DNA from: a virus
Lineage: Duplodnaviria > Caudoviricetes
Direction: 5' to 3' (one strand)
DNA: 64,000 bases
Virus record (IMG/VR): IMGVR_UViG_3300035670_000195
Span: 704-64,703 of that record
Notes under the pieces: model-generated
Databases searched by the model: none
The model's input: the letters and a program-made list of their open reading frames with translations, nothing else
What the model was told of the DNA's origin: nothing
Part shown: positions 1-8,844 of the stretch, in pieces
How positions within the stretch are numbered: the first letter of the stretch is position 1
How the letters are laid out: each line of letters begins with the position of its first letter
Made by a program: the position numbers and the translations under genes

Positions 1-121
1 TCTTTAAACAAGCAACTTGATGCTCTAATGCTAGAATTGTATCGTTTAGTGCGGTAAAATTTTCTGCTAGTTTTTTAGTAAAGTTAGTAATGCTGTCTGA
101 GTCTTCATATTCTGGAATCAT
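1..121 (-). CDS. hypothetical protein, truncated by window edge
   Basis: ATG at 121 overlaps the stop of the upstream ORF (ATGA); reads MIPEYEDSDSITNF... open to the window edge. Confidence 0.5.
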   Translation of the reverse strand, partial: MIPEYEDSDSITNFTKKLAENFTALNDTILALEHQVACLK

Positions 122-597
122 AGATACATCTTTCTTACCTCTTCTGCTTGTAGCCAATCTACATAGGCTTCATCGTTATTGCTTTGAAAGCAATCAAGCA
201 GTTCTGTCTTGGTTTGTCGACCAAACCATGCTTCTTCTGGAACAACGGGACTATCAGTATTTCCTTCGAACTGATATACATATGCCATCTCTATATGGTG
301 GTCTTCATAGACCTTTACGGTATACCTATCTTTGAAACTAGCTGGATTAATTTCCCATTTCTTATATGGCACAAATATCTGTCGCGCCGCTTTCTTGAGT
401 TCATAATGAACCCACTGTATGTCTTCAAATGGAAGCGGATTACCGTTGGTATACCATTTTCCGATATTAAATACTGGCGGTAATGCAACCTTAATATCGG
501 GATAATAGGTTGTATACGGCATTGTTTCACCGTTTTTAGGTCCGCCCTGAAACACAACAATACGAGGTTGCTTTGGAATCTCCTTTAAAATCACCAC
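118..597 (-). CDS. hypothetical protein
   Basis: 159 aa ORF tiled with its neighbours on the minus strand. Confidence 0.65.
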   Translation of the reverse strand: MVILKEIPKQPRIVVFQGGPKNGETMPYTTYYPDIKVALPPVFNIGKWYTNGNPLPFEDIQWVHYELKKAARQIFVPYKKWEINPASFKDRYTVKVYEDHHIEMAYVYQFEGNTDSPVVPEEAWFGRQTKTELLDCFQSNNDEAYVDWLQAEEVRKMYL

Positions 598-923
598 GAA
601 CCCCCAATATAGAAACCGTTATCAGCGCATACTCTAAACCATTTAGTCAAATCATTCAACTCCTGGCTATCCCGCTGATACTTCTTGTATTCCTCTAGGC
701 TATCTGCAATGTGCCGAATCACCGTGTTGTTAATGATCTCGGTATACAGAGAGACGTTGGCTACATCCAGCACAGTCCAATAGTACTGCTTACCTCTGAT
801 GCTATTGAGATCGTCGGTGTTTCTAATCAACGACTCAGTACCAACAAAGGCATCGTTATCTGCAAGAATGTTTTCACCATCCTTGTATTCCTTATATGCA
901 ACCAGGTCAAGCCCCATCGTCAA
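591..923 (-). CDS. hypothetical phage protein
   Basis: MGLDL... start and ...GGSW end, a pattern common in small phage proteins; overlaps neighbours. Confidence 0.65.
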   Translation of the reverse strand: MTMGLDLVAYKEYKDGENILADNDAFVGTESLIRNTDDLNSIRGKQYYWTVLDVANVSLYTEIINNTVIRHIADSLEEYKKYQRDSQELNDLTKWFRVCADNGFYIGGSW

Positions 924-1608
924 ACTCTCCGAATAGATCCTCTAGACTAATCTTCTCATCTCGGTAGAATGCTGCACATCCAGCGCAGTCACACTTATCT
1001 CCCCACTTGTGGGGTGATAGACCAAGCATGATTGGGAAGCGTTCATTAAGCTTTCTCTCGAAGGCTGCAGCAGATCCATCGTTATGGATTACCCACTCGA
1101 ACATGTCCTTGTAATCCTTCTCACCATTCTCATAGTTGTTTGCTACTGCCTCTGACTCATGGTTGCGCCACTCAGCATCGTGATCCTCAAGCTTTCTATC
1201 GCCAGCTGAGATGAACATGACCTCAGCACCAATTACTTTACCAAAGTTAATTTCGTTTAGATAACGACAGTCGTCTACAATTACGACCCGCTCCTTCCAA
1301 AAGATATCTGGATCGTTCATGTTATCCATGTCCTTCTTCTGAATATCAAGAAGCGAATTCATAAACATCTTTACCCAATGATCTGGATCTTCAGCTCGCT
1401 TTGATGCGCCAATCTCTTGACAGAAGTCTCGATACTTCTTTGGGTCTGCATCCTTGGATAGTCCAGCCATCTCAGCAGCATCCTTGATAGCCTTGGCAAA
1501 CGGAAGAATGATTGGGTTCATATCATTCTTCTTTGCAAACTTAGAGAGAAGATTTGCTGCTGTTGTCTTACCAACCCTAGCCTTTCCTGCAAAAAATACA
1601 ACGATCAT
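907..1608 (-). CDS. deoxynucleoside monophosphate kinase
   Basis: P-loop GKARVGKTT, FAKAIK, VIVDDCRYLNE, HESE motifs. Confidence 0.85.
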   Translation of the reverse strand: MIVVFFAGKARVGKTTAANLLSKFAKKNDMNPIILPFAKAIKDAAEMAGLSKDADPKKYRDFCQEIGASKRAEDPDHWVKMFMNSLLDIQKKDMDNMNDPDIFWKERVVIVDDCRYLNEINFGKVIGAEVMFISAGDRKLEDHDAEWRNHESEAVANNYENGEKDYKDMFEWVIHNDGSAAAFERKLNERFPIMLGLSPHKWGDKCDCAGCAAFYRDEKISLEDLFGEFDDGA

Positions 1609-2081
1609 ATAGATCCTTTCATGTGTTTATATAAATCAGCTGGGTGCCAGTGTTCTGGCAAACCTAGCAATGAACATACAAATGTAGTACAGTTGCGAGG
1701 TCGTGTAAGACCCAAGTATTTTCCAATGAAGTGGTAGAACACGGCATCCCATACAGTCGTATCAGCGTAATCGCTAGCTACATCTACCAACATATTCATA
1801 TCTATGTCCATATAGTGAAACGGAATTTCATCTACTAGACAATCATCGAATAACTTTAACTTGTGCAGCCTTGCTTTTTCATTTGGAATTAACGTTATTG
1901 TGGTGCGTGTCGTATAGTTAAAGATGGGAGCAACATGCGTTATCTTGCTACCACCAACAAGCTGAGTTAACTTTCCCCACCAACCTTGATGCTTTGAGAA
2001 ATCAAAGAAGCCAATGCTAATGAGTATCTGCCCAGCTTTTTCCGACGTTGAACTCGGCATTAATAGGCATCTTGATTCCAA
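1605..2081 (-). CDS. permuted papain-like (YiiX/NlpC-P60-type) protein; start uncertain
   Basis: N-terminal SKITHVA (His) and C-terminal NCTTFV...HPADL (Cys) in permuted order. Confidence 0.55.
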   Translation of the reverse strand: MESRCLLMPSSTSEKAGQILISIGFFDFSKHQGWWGKLTQLVGGSKITHVAPIFNYTTRTTITLIPNEKARLHKLKLFDDCLVDEIPFHYMDIDMNMLVDVASDYADTTVWDAVFYHFIGKYLGLTRPRNCTTFVCSLLGLPEHWHPADLYKHMKGSI

Positions 2082-3726
2082 GTCTAGTACCCGCTTCTAT
2101 TGCAGAATCAGTAATGATCTTGCCTGCCGCATCTGCAATGTCTGCGGGACAGGAGAACTGTAACTCGTCATGCACATACGCTAGTTGCTTGACCTTGTTA
2201 CCAAATGACTTACGAAGATTGATGTCTGCTAGGATCATCCAATACTTACTGACCACAGCACCAGAACCCTGCAACAGGGTATTTAGTGCAGCATGAGCAG
2301 ACCGTACAGGTGCCTTGCGTCCATCCACTAGAGTAACGGTAGAGGACTTGGCTACCTGAAACTCGACATCGGCCTTGACCTTGGCAAGTGCTGGCAACTC
2401 CTTAAGGAACTTGTCCTTCAAAGCCTTGCCCTGCTTTGCAGAGCCGTCGATGATCTTGCCAACCTTGGCATCGCCAGCCCCGTACAGGAAGCCGTAGATG
2501 AATGTCTTGGCGTTGCTACGGGTTGGCAGACCAGCCTTCTCCTGATTGTGCGTATGGATATCTCCGTTGAGAATGACATCGGCATACGCACCGTTGTCAT
2601 ACTTGTGCATATAGTGGGCAAGCATTCTCAACTCAAGACCGCTGAGGTCTGCGCCAAGAAGTACATCACCCTCGTGTGGAATCCACAACTCTCGTGCCTT
2701 GTGATCGCCAGATACCTGAGCGAGATTGGGCTGAGAGTGAGTACATCTACCAGTAGCAGCACCCTGCACATTGACAAAGCCATGCACCTTACCGTCTCGG
2801 CTATGAGATGCACGGGTAATCCAGTCATCTACCTGACCCATCAGCTTGATGGTATCGAAGTACAGTACAAGATGCTTTGCTTCTGGATAGTCAAGATCCT
2901 TGAGAACGGTGGCATCCACATTGGGATTGCCGTTGTCAGTCTCTGGCGCAACCCAGCCATACTTCTCATACAGGCGTTCGGCAATCTGCTTACGAGATCC
3001 AGGATTGAATACTTCGATCTTATCCTTGAGTCGCTTGCCAGTCTTCTCTGAGAATCTGACATGCACCTTGTCTGGAAAGATCTGGCGCATCTCGTCTTCG
3101 ATCTGCGCCTTGGTCGATAGCAGTTCGATACGAAGAGCATCGCCCTTGGATAGGTCGAAGCCAAAGCCGTTGGACTGCTGTCGCTTGATAATGTCACTAG
3201 CCATATGCTCGAGCTGAACAACACGCTCGTACTTGTTTGCCTTGATCCAAGTCTGCTGTGTATTATAGATCTGATGAGCAACATGGACATCCTGAATGCA
3301 GTAGTCGATCATCTCCTGCGTTAGCTCTGACCATGTACCCTGATAGTTTATCTTCTCACAGCCAAGGTACTTACCCCACATCTCCAGCGAGTTACCGCCA
3401 AGTGGATGATTGCGAAGGTCTGGGTACATAAGCTTGCTTACGATAAGCGAGTCATAGATCTTAGCCTTGCCAGTATACCCAAGCATTCTCTCCAAGCATT
3501 CAAGGTCAAACCCGTACAGGTTATGACCAATCAGTAGCTCAGCTTGGCCAAGGTAGGTAAGGAGTGAAGTCGACAGATCCGCGCCAGTCCACACTCGGAC
3601 ATCCTGAGTGTCGATGTTCTTCGTCACAACGACATGAACAACCGAACATTCCTTGGATGGCTGCCCCTTGTTGTCCAGCGTCAGTTCCATAAGGGCATCC
3701 GACTCGATATCCAACACCAGTTTCAT
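2017..3726 (-). CDS. polA: family A DNA polymerase (T7 gp5-like)
   Basis: ExoI LDIE, GHNLYGFD, motif A DLSGLELR, motif B AKTFIYGFLYGAG, motif C VHDE; SD AGGAG before ATG 3726. Confidence 0.97.
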   Translation of the reverse strand: MKLVLDIESDALMELTLDNKGQPSKECSVVHVVVTKNIDTQDVRVWTGADLSTSLLTYLGQAELLIGHNLYGFDLECLERMLGYTGKAKIYDSLIVSKLMYPDLRNHPLGGNSLEMWGKYLGCEKINYQGTWSELTQEMIDYCIQDVHVAHQIYNTQQTWIKANKYERVVQLEHMASDIIKRQQSNGFGFDLSKGDALRIELLSTKAQIEDEMRQIFPDKVHVRFSEKTGKRLKDKIEVFNPGSRKQIAERLYEKYGWVAPETDNGNPNVDATVLKDLDYPEAKHLVLYFDTIKLMGQVDDWITRASHSRDGKVHGFVNVQGAATGRCTHSQPNLAQVSGDHKARELWIPHEGDVLLGADLSGLELRMLAHYMHKYDNGAYADVILNGDIHTHNQEKAGLPTRSNAKTFIYGFLYGAGDAKVGKIIDGSAKQGKALKDKFLKELPALAKVKADVEFQVAKSSTVTLVDGRKAPVRSAHAALNTLLQGSGAVVSKYWMILADINLRKSFGNKVKQLAYVHDELQFSCPADIADAAGKIITDSAIEAGTRLGIKMPINAEFNVGKSWADTH

Positions 3727-3895
3727 TGAATCTCCTATCTGTTTGAGCCAACATCTGATCGGCAATGTTGGCAATCTCTTCGATGGTTAGCCTGATTGCA
3801 CCGTCTCTGGTAGTACCAGGATGATATGTCATCGCAAGTACTGATCCAGCATACTGCGCCCACATTAGATACCGCATGTCATTGTACTGGCTCAA
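3539..3895 (-). CDS. hypothetical protein whose 3' part overlaps the polA start
   Basis: Fills the primase-polA gap; N-terminal ~55 aa look protein-like; about 190 nt overlap with polA. Confidence 0.4.
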   Translation of the reverse strand: MSQYNDMRYLMWAQYAGSVLAMTYHPGTTRDGAIRLTIEEIANIADQMLAQTDRRFNETGVGYRVGCPYGTDAGQQGAAIQGMFGCSCRCDEEHRHSGCPSVDWRGSVDFTPYLPWPS

Positions 3896-5606
3896 AGACT
3901 ACCTCTCCTTCGTCGTTAGTAGCAAAGTCAATCTCACGCATACGACCACTGGTACGGTCATAGTAGATGGCGGTTGCCACACCAGCACGACCAGTCAGTC
4001 GATTCTTAAGCACACGAACGAGAGTTGTATTAGCCTTGATCGGATCTGTATTCTGTCGGTCACGCTCGAGCGCAATGACAGTATTGGGAACAGATGCAAG
4101 CGCACCTGAGCCGCGCAGATCCTGCAGGGTAATACGATCACCCTCTTCGTATGCCTTGTCTGTCTTCTTAAGTTGAGAGACGATGTCGACATGCACACCT
4201 GTACGGACAGCGAGTGAACGCAGTTCCTTCATCAGGGTGTCGATAATGATTCGCTCTGAACCACCGCCCTCAATGTCCTTATTATCCATACCCATCAGTC
4301 CCGCAGCAGCGGCAGTGATATGGTCTAGAACAATGACATCTACCTTAAGAGACACAGCCATGTACTCCATCCTAGCGAGTAGGTTAGCCATAGCGTTGTT
4401 GCCAAGGTGATCGTAGATATACAACGCTGTCTGCGATAAACGTCTCTTCGCATCTGCATACTCATCATCTGAGAACTGGTCGACAATGTCGATGTCGATG
4501 GGCTGCTTGCCCATACGAACACGCAGTTCATTCATCATTTGTGCCGCACGGATTGCCCGCACTGGCTTGTTAATCATCAGGCTAATCATATCATCCATAG
4601 TCTCCTGAGGTGATTCCTCAAGCATGATCGCACCGACAGACCGACCCTCTTCAAGGTGATGGTGCATCAGTTCGCGAAGGATGGTTGACTTACCTGATCC
4701 AGTACCGCTAGCCCACAGCGAGATCTCTCCACTACGCTGACCGATAAGAAACTCTGACAGCTTGTCGAACGGAAAGGGGAATACCTTTGCCTGTGAGACA
4801 TCAATGGTGTCGATGATTCTCGACACATGGAGGATCTCGTCTGGGCTATAGACTTGAGCCTCCCAGATAGCAGACACGACAGCCTTACCATTGGAGTTGA
4901 CAAGACACTCATTGGCATCCTTCATAGGAAGACGAGCAATCTTGCACTTACCTGGCGGCAGTAGTTCTGATACCTCACGCGCTGCCTGCTGTCCTGCATC
5001 GTCCATGTCGAAACACAGCACGACTTCCTGATAGGAAGACACGAATGACAGGTTGTCCTTGATTGACTTGGCAGCAGACTTGGCACCACTTGGTACAGAT
5101 ACCACTGGCCATGTGTTGCCAAGCAGCTGACATACAGTCATGCAGTCGATCTCACCCTCGGTAATGACAAGACGCTTGCCGCCTACCTTCCATTGATTCT
5201 GACCGAAGAGTTGAACACCCTTGGTGTTGCCCTTCCAGTAGAACTGCTTGTCAGGACCGCGAATATGCTGGGCACAGATCTCGCCATCCTGACTGTAGTA
5301 GTTGGCTATCTCACATTCCTTGCCATTAATGTTGGCTGACTCGTAACCATACTGGCGAACGGTCTTGTGATCAATGCGTCGGTGAGGAAGCGCATCACAT
5401 CTGCCATTGATCTTGTTGAACTCTGTCATCTTGACTGGCTCCTTTACAGTAGGTGCATCGCCATTACGATGATACCCGCAGCAAAAGCAGTGAGTATGAC
5501 CATCATCATAAACGGCGAGGTTGTCTCCTCTAGTGTCGTTTCCACTTGCCCGACAACGTGGGCAAGCATCTCTTGCAATAACCGTAGATTCATTCTGTGT
5601 TTCCAT
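3879..5606 (-). CDS. DNA primase-helicase (T7 gp4-like)
   Basis: Zn finger CPRC...CFCC, TOPRIM ITEGEIDC and FDMD, Walker A GTGSGKST, LDHIT, LRGSG, VLKNR. Confidence 0.97.
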   Translation of the reverse strand: METQNESTVIARDACPRCRASGNDTRGDNLAVYDDGHTHCFCCGYHRNGDAPTVKEPVKMTEFNKINGRCDALPHRRIDHKTVRQYGYESANINGKECEIANYYSQDGEICAQHIRGPDKQFYWKGNTKGVQLFGQNQWKVGGKRLVITEGEIDCMTVCQLLGNTWPVVSVPSGAKSAAKSIKDNLSFVSSYQEVVLCFDMDDAGQQAAREVSELLPPGKCKIARLPMKDANECLVNSNGKAVVSAIWEAQVYSPDEILHVSRIIDTIDVSQAKVFPFPFDKLSEFLIGQRSGEISLWASGTGSGKSTILRELMHHHLEEGRSVGAIMLEESPQETMDDMISLMINKPVRAIRAAQMMNELRVRMGKQPIDIDIVDQFSDDEYADAKRRLSQTALYIYDHLGNNAMANLLARMEYMAVSLKVDVIVLDHITAAAAGLMGMDNKDIEGGGSERIIIDTLMKELRSLAVRTGVHVDIVSQLKKTDKAYEEGDRITLQDLRGSGALASVPNTVIALERDRQNTDPIKANTTLVRVLKNRLTGRAGVATAIYYDRTSGRMREIDFATNDEGEVVFEPVQ

Positions 5607-5778
5607 TGAGTTCCTTGTAGAAGCAAACGATTCGTCCCTCTGCAATCTCCGTCAGAAGATTGAAGATACCTTCGACCGCTTCAGCGTCTTCGTCGTTTGG
5701 AATAACGACAGGTAGGTTGTCATTCAGGATGTCGATCTGTTCCGCAAGAAGTCTCACATCAATGGGCGCTCGCCTCAT
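5590..5778 (-). CDS. hypothetical protein
   Basis: 62 aa ORF translationally coupled to neighbours. Confidence 0.6.
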   Translation of the reverse strand: MRRAPIDVRLLAEQIDILNDNLPVVIPNDEDAEAVEGIFNLLTEIAEGRIVCFYKELNGNTE

Positions 5779-6134
5779 AGCCTTACCAGTACTCCGTTCT
5801 CATTTGTATACCATATGTCCTTGAATGTCTCGCAGCACCACCCAATGCAGTACTTGCAAGGGCGAGACATTCCAATGTTACCAGTGGGAGAGATCCTAAG
5901 ATTGACTAGCGTGCAATCTCGAGGATCAACATCCTTGTCGATATTGATTAGAGCCGACAACTCTGAGTGAATCGTCGGATACTTGTATCCCTTCTTGGCT
6001 GCAAGAGGATGGGTCTTTGCCCGATTCTCTTCGCCCACACTAACGACCCGACCTCGGTCAAGTAGAATACTATAGTGTGTCCTGATGCTAGGCTTGCAGA
6101 TTCTTGCAAACCTAAGCAGATCTTCCAGATCCAT
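5775..6134 (-). CDS. zinc-dependent cytidine/dCMP deaminase-fold protein
   Basis: HSE...SRPCKYC deaminase signature; SD GGAG before ATG 6134. Confidence 0.8.
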   Translation of the reverse strand: MDLEDLLRFARICKPSIRTHYSILLDRGRVVSVGEENRAKTHPLAAKKGYKYPTIHSELSALINIDKDVDPRDCTLVNLRISPTGNIGMSRPCKYCIGWCCETFKDIWYTNENGVLVRL

Positions 6135-6813
6135 TAGTAAGTTCTCTCCACGAAATAGGAAACAGCGCAGAACAGATAGCATCTACCCGTTCTGCATACA
6201 ACTGAACCTCACGCTGTGCGTGACTGTCTGCTCTTAATCCATACATTCTAGCCCAAGCATATAGGCTACCAGTCCAGATCCACTCAGTCATCATACTTTG
6301 GGGCAGCACCATTCGTGCCTGCTCGGCACAGATACCAGAAGCAATCATGTCCTTGTACAGTGTGTCAGCTTTACGGTAGGATTGAATGGTGTTCTCAACA
6401 AAGCCAGGGCTGTTGTCGTGCGCTACACTTGAACTTCCTTGCTTTACATTGTCTGCCTTTAGACGGTATGCGTCGGGATGCCAATAGGTTGGCGGTGCAT
6501 TTACATATCTACGAGACACCTCGTTCCAAGCAAAGCCTACTTGATGCTTCTGTAGTTGTCGTGCAATAAAGATTGGCGCAGAGAATCGAAGTTTAACAAT
6601 GCAATGTGAGAATGGACTCCAGTGATTATGCTCGGCAAGATAGCGAATAAGTCTTGCGTTCTGATCCACGGTAAATAGATCGGCTGATTTTGCCATGCTT
6701 ACTCTTGCTGCATCACACACAGCCTCATCATCTCCCATACGATCCACTAGTGAAACGATTTGCTGATGCTTAATTACATACGACTCTTGACTATCAAACT
6801 CGATGACCTTCAA
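6112..6813 (-). CDS. thyX: flavin-dependent thymidylate synthase
   Basis: AARVS, HWSPF, RQLQKH...NEVSRRY, EQARMVLP, HAQREV; SD AAAGGAG with TTG start. Confidence 0.95.
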   Translation of the reverse strand: MKVIEFDSQESYVIKHQQIVSLVDRMGDDEAVCDAARVSMAKSADLFTVDQNARLIRYLAEHNHWSPFSHCIVKLRFSAPIFIARQLQKHQVGFAWNEVSRRYVNAPPTYWHPDAYRLKADNVKQGSSSVAHDNSPGFVENTIQSYRKADTLYKDMIASGICAEQARMVLPQSMMTEWIWTGSLYAWARMYGLRADSHAQREVQLYAERVDAICSALFPISWRELTNGSGRSA

Positions 6814-6830
6814 TTAGATCTCCTTTCTAA

Positions 6831-6904
6831 CGTTCCTGAGTGGACTCGAACCACTGACCATTCGCTTAGAAGGCGAATGCTCTATCCAACTGAGCTACAG
6901 GAAC
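6831..6904 (-). tRNA. tRNA-Arg (UCU)
   Basis: Cloverleaf GTTCCTG acceptor, anticodon loop CTTCTAA, GGTTCGAGTCC T-arm. Confidence 0.95.
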
Positions 6905-6910
6905 ATACAA

Positions 6911-6982
6911 TGGTTCCGATGGGACTCGAACCCATAACCCTCGGATTAAAAGTCCGCTACTCTACCATTGAGTTACGGAACC
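6911..6982 (-). tRNA. tRNA-Lys (UUU)
   Basis: Acceptor GGTTCCG/CGGAACC, loop CTTTTAA, GGTTCGAGTCC. Confidence 0.95.
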
Positions 6983-6985
6983 GAA

Positions 6986-7058
6986 TGCCGCCCGTGGGAC
7001 TCGAACCCACACTGTACAGATTTTGAGGCTGTTGACTCTGCCATTGGTCTACGACGGC
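6986..7058 (-). tRNA. tRNA-Leu (CAA), short variable arm
   Basis: Loop CTCAAAA, T-arm GTGGGTTCGAGTCCCAC, C-U mismatch at 31-39. Confidence 0.85.
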
Positions 7059-7063
7059 GTGAA

Positions 7064-7141
7064 TAGTAGGGGTGGGAGTCGAACCCACATGAGCGCGATT
7101 ATAAGTCACGACCTTTTACCAAATCTATCAGGCACCCTACC
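7064..7141 (-). tRNA. tRNA-Ile (UAU)
   Basis: Anticodon arm CGTGA-CTTATAA-TCGCG, T-arm GTGGGTTCGACTCCCAC, enlarged D-loop. Confidence 0.85.
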
Positions 7142-7149
7142 GTGAATGA

Positions 7150-7180
7150 ATGAATGCCCCCGTGTTTCCACGGGGACACT
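7150..7180 (-). terminator. hairpin upstream of tRNA cluster (terminator or processing signal)
   Basis: TGTCCCCGTG-GAAA-CACGGGGGCA stem-loop with weak U tail. Confidence 0.5.
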
Positions 7181-7184
7181 CGCA

Positions 7185-7391
7185 TTACCAAGTGTAGTTA
7201 GTGGCAAAAGCCATAACAGACTCGGACGCGCACTTGAACGCGTTGACTGGGATAGTGAACTCATCACCAGTTGCGGTAATGAGGACTACATTCTCGGGCT
7301 TGTCGCTTCCCATGACGAACTGAAGTTCGCCATCAAGAAGTGCAACGCTAAACTCAACAATATCACTCGGAAGTTCCATGTTCTCGCTCAT
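7185..7391 (-). CDS. hypothetical protein
   Basis: 68 aa coupled ORF. Confidence 0.65.
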   Translation of the reverse strand: MSENMELPSDIVEFSVALLDGELQFVMGSDKPENVVLITATGDEFTIPVNAFKCASESVMAFATNYTW

Positions 7392-7750
7392 AGTTCATTA
7401 ACCTCTACAGTAAAGTAACCTTTGTCTGCCCATTCCTTATGAGCAGCAATCTTGACAATTTGATTATCGTCTAACCAGACGATACCGTTACATGAATCCA
7501 ACACAGCCTTGACATAGTTGTCAATATCTGGTCGTGGGTAATCCAACTTAGATGTCTTAGGTCTAGTGGGGTAGACCCCGATGGTGACATCAATAGGTCC
7601 ATCCATCGGGGTCCACTCGCCTAACACATCCACTATAATTGGTTGTACATCCTGACGAAAGGTCTTGTACGGACCTGAATAGTAGGATCCCCACTTGCTG
7701 ACTCTCGGGCGGGAAGCCGCGACAGGGCTAATGGGAAACACCCACTGCAT
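7388..7750 (-). CDS. rusA: RusA-family Holliday junction resolvase
   Basis: PVAASRPR and RPDIDNYVKAVLDSCNGIVWLDDNQI. Confidence 0.9.
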   Translation of the reverse strand: MQWVFPISPVAASRPRVSKWGSYYSGPYKTFRQDVQPIIVDVLGEWTPMDGPIDVTIGVYPTRPKTSKLDYPRPDIDNYVKAVLDSCNGIVWLDDNQIVKIAAHKEWADKGYFTVEVNEL

Positions 7751-8301
7751 CAGAATGGAACCTCGTCATCCGTAATGCCTACGGCAGGCTGAACCACAGT
7801 CGGCTCAGTCTTGCTTGGGGTAGGCGCAGCCTCACCCACAAACCCGCCGTCAACAGCATCGAACCCATTGGTGCGGGGGCTATAGTCATCGCTGTTCTTC
7901 TCAACGATCTGAACACCATTAAGGTAGAACGACATAGCCTTGCTTGGCTTGGTCACAACAACAGGAGCAAGCTTAAGACGAACAATGTCACCCTTGAACG
8001 GAACAGCCGTTGTGTACTGTGCCGATGCGTCCTGACAGGGGAATGCACCCTGCGAGACATAGGTCTTGCTCTTGAACTTGATGGTCTTAGGTGAGTCTTC
8101 ATCCTTCTGATAGATTCCATTGATCTTCTTGCATCCATTCTCCGTTGCAATACGCTTGAGTTCTGCCTCGAGTTCGGGGGTAAGTTCCACCGAAACATTG
8201 TGATTGGCAGACGCTTCACCAAACTGTGCGTCAGGCTTTGAAAGCGAAGACCAAGTCACGACAAGCTTACCAGTGATAATGTTCTTGATACGATCAGCCA
8301 T
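7750..8301 (-). CDS. single-stranded DNA-binding protein (T7 gp2.5-like)
   Basis: LNGVQIVE motif, acidic tail ending DDEVPF, position in replication block. Confidence 0.85.
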   Translation of the reverse strand: MADRIKNIITGKLVVTWSSLSKPDAQFGEASANHNVSVELTPELEAELKRIATENGCKKINGIYQKDEDSPKTIKFKSKTYVSQGAFPCQDASAQYTTAVPFKGDIVRLKLAPVVVTKPSKAMSFYLNGVQIVEKNSDDYSPRTNGFDAVDGGFVGEAAPTPSKTEPTVVQPAVGITDDEVPF

Positions 8302-8501
8302 TAGTCAGCTCCTTCCACATTTGTGGATTCGGGTTGTTCAAACTCTTGCTTCTTAGTCTGCAGTCCATGAAGAACCATCTCCATTTCCTGCGCCCACTTA
8401 GACATATAGGCGGCAACTTCATTGAACCTGTTGAGGTTCGACTCAAGATACTCCATCACCTCATCCGCCGTCACAATCAACTTCTTCTCTTCGGTTTCCA
8501 T
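8301..8501 (-). CDS. hypothetical protein
   Basis: 66 aa helical ORF, coupled. Confidence 0.6.
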   Translation of the reverse strand: METEEKKLIVTADEVMEYLESNLNRFNEVAAYMSKWAQEMEMVLHGLQTKKQEFEQPESTNVEGAD

Positions 8502-8844
8502 TTACCAGTAACTCAGACAGCTTGTTAAGTGTCTGCTCCATAGCAGTCTCCCATTGATCGGTAGGAGGCTTGATTGAAAAACCCGCTGCCGATTCCAGCG
8601 GGAACATGAAAAGGTGCATCAGTTCATGTACGATTGTTTCCTCGACATCACCATCCATGATGTCCTTCATAATCTTGATGGTGCTAGTCATGTGGTTTGG
8701 GTCGTACTCATTCAAGCCGTACACCTTACCGTCTGACTCATCCATATCCGAATAGTAGCCCCACTCAACCTTGATCTTCCAGTTGGTCAGACCAAGATCC
8801 TTCTGCCACTTACGGGTAATCTTTCTGACCTGTTGAAGATTCAT
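8461..8844 (-). CDS. zincin-like metallopeptidase-fold protein
   Basis: EETIVHELMH (HExxH). Confidence 0.7.
   Translation of the reverse strand: MNLQQVRKITRKWQKDLGLTNWKIKVEWGYYSDMDESDGKVYGLNEYDPNHMTSTIKIMKDIMDGDVEETIVHELMHLFMFPLESAAGFSIKPPTDQWETAMEQTLNKLSELLVNGNRREEVDCDGG

Noticed and set aside
6760-7026. 88-aa plus-strand ORF
   Set aside because: Antisense to the tRNA cluster
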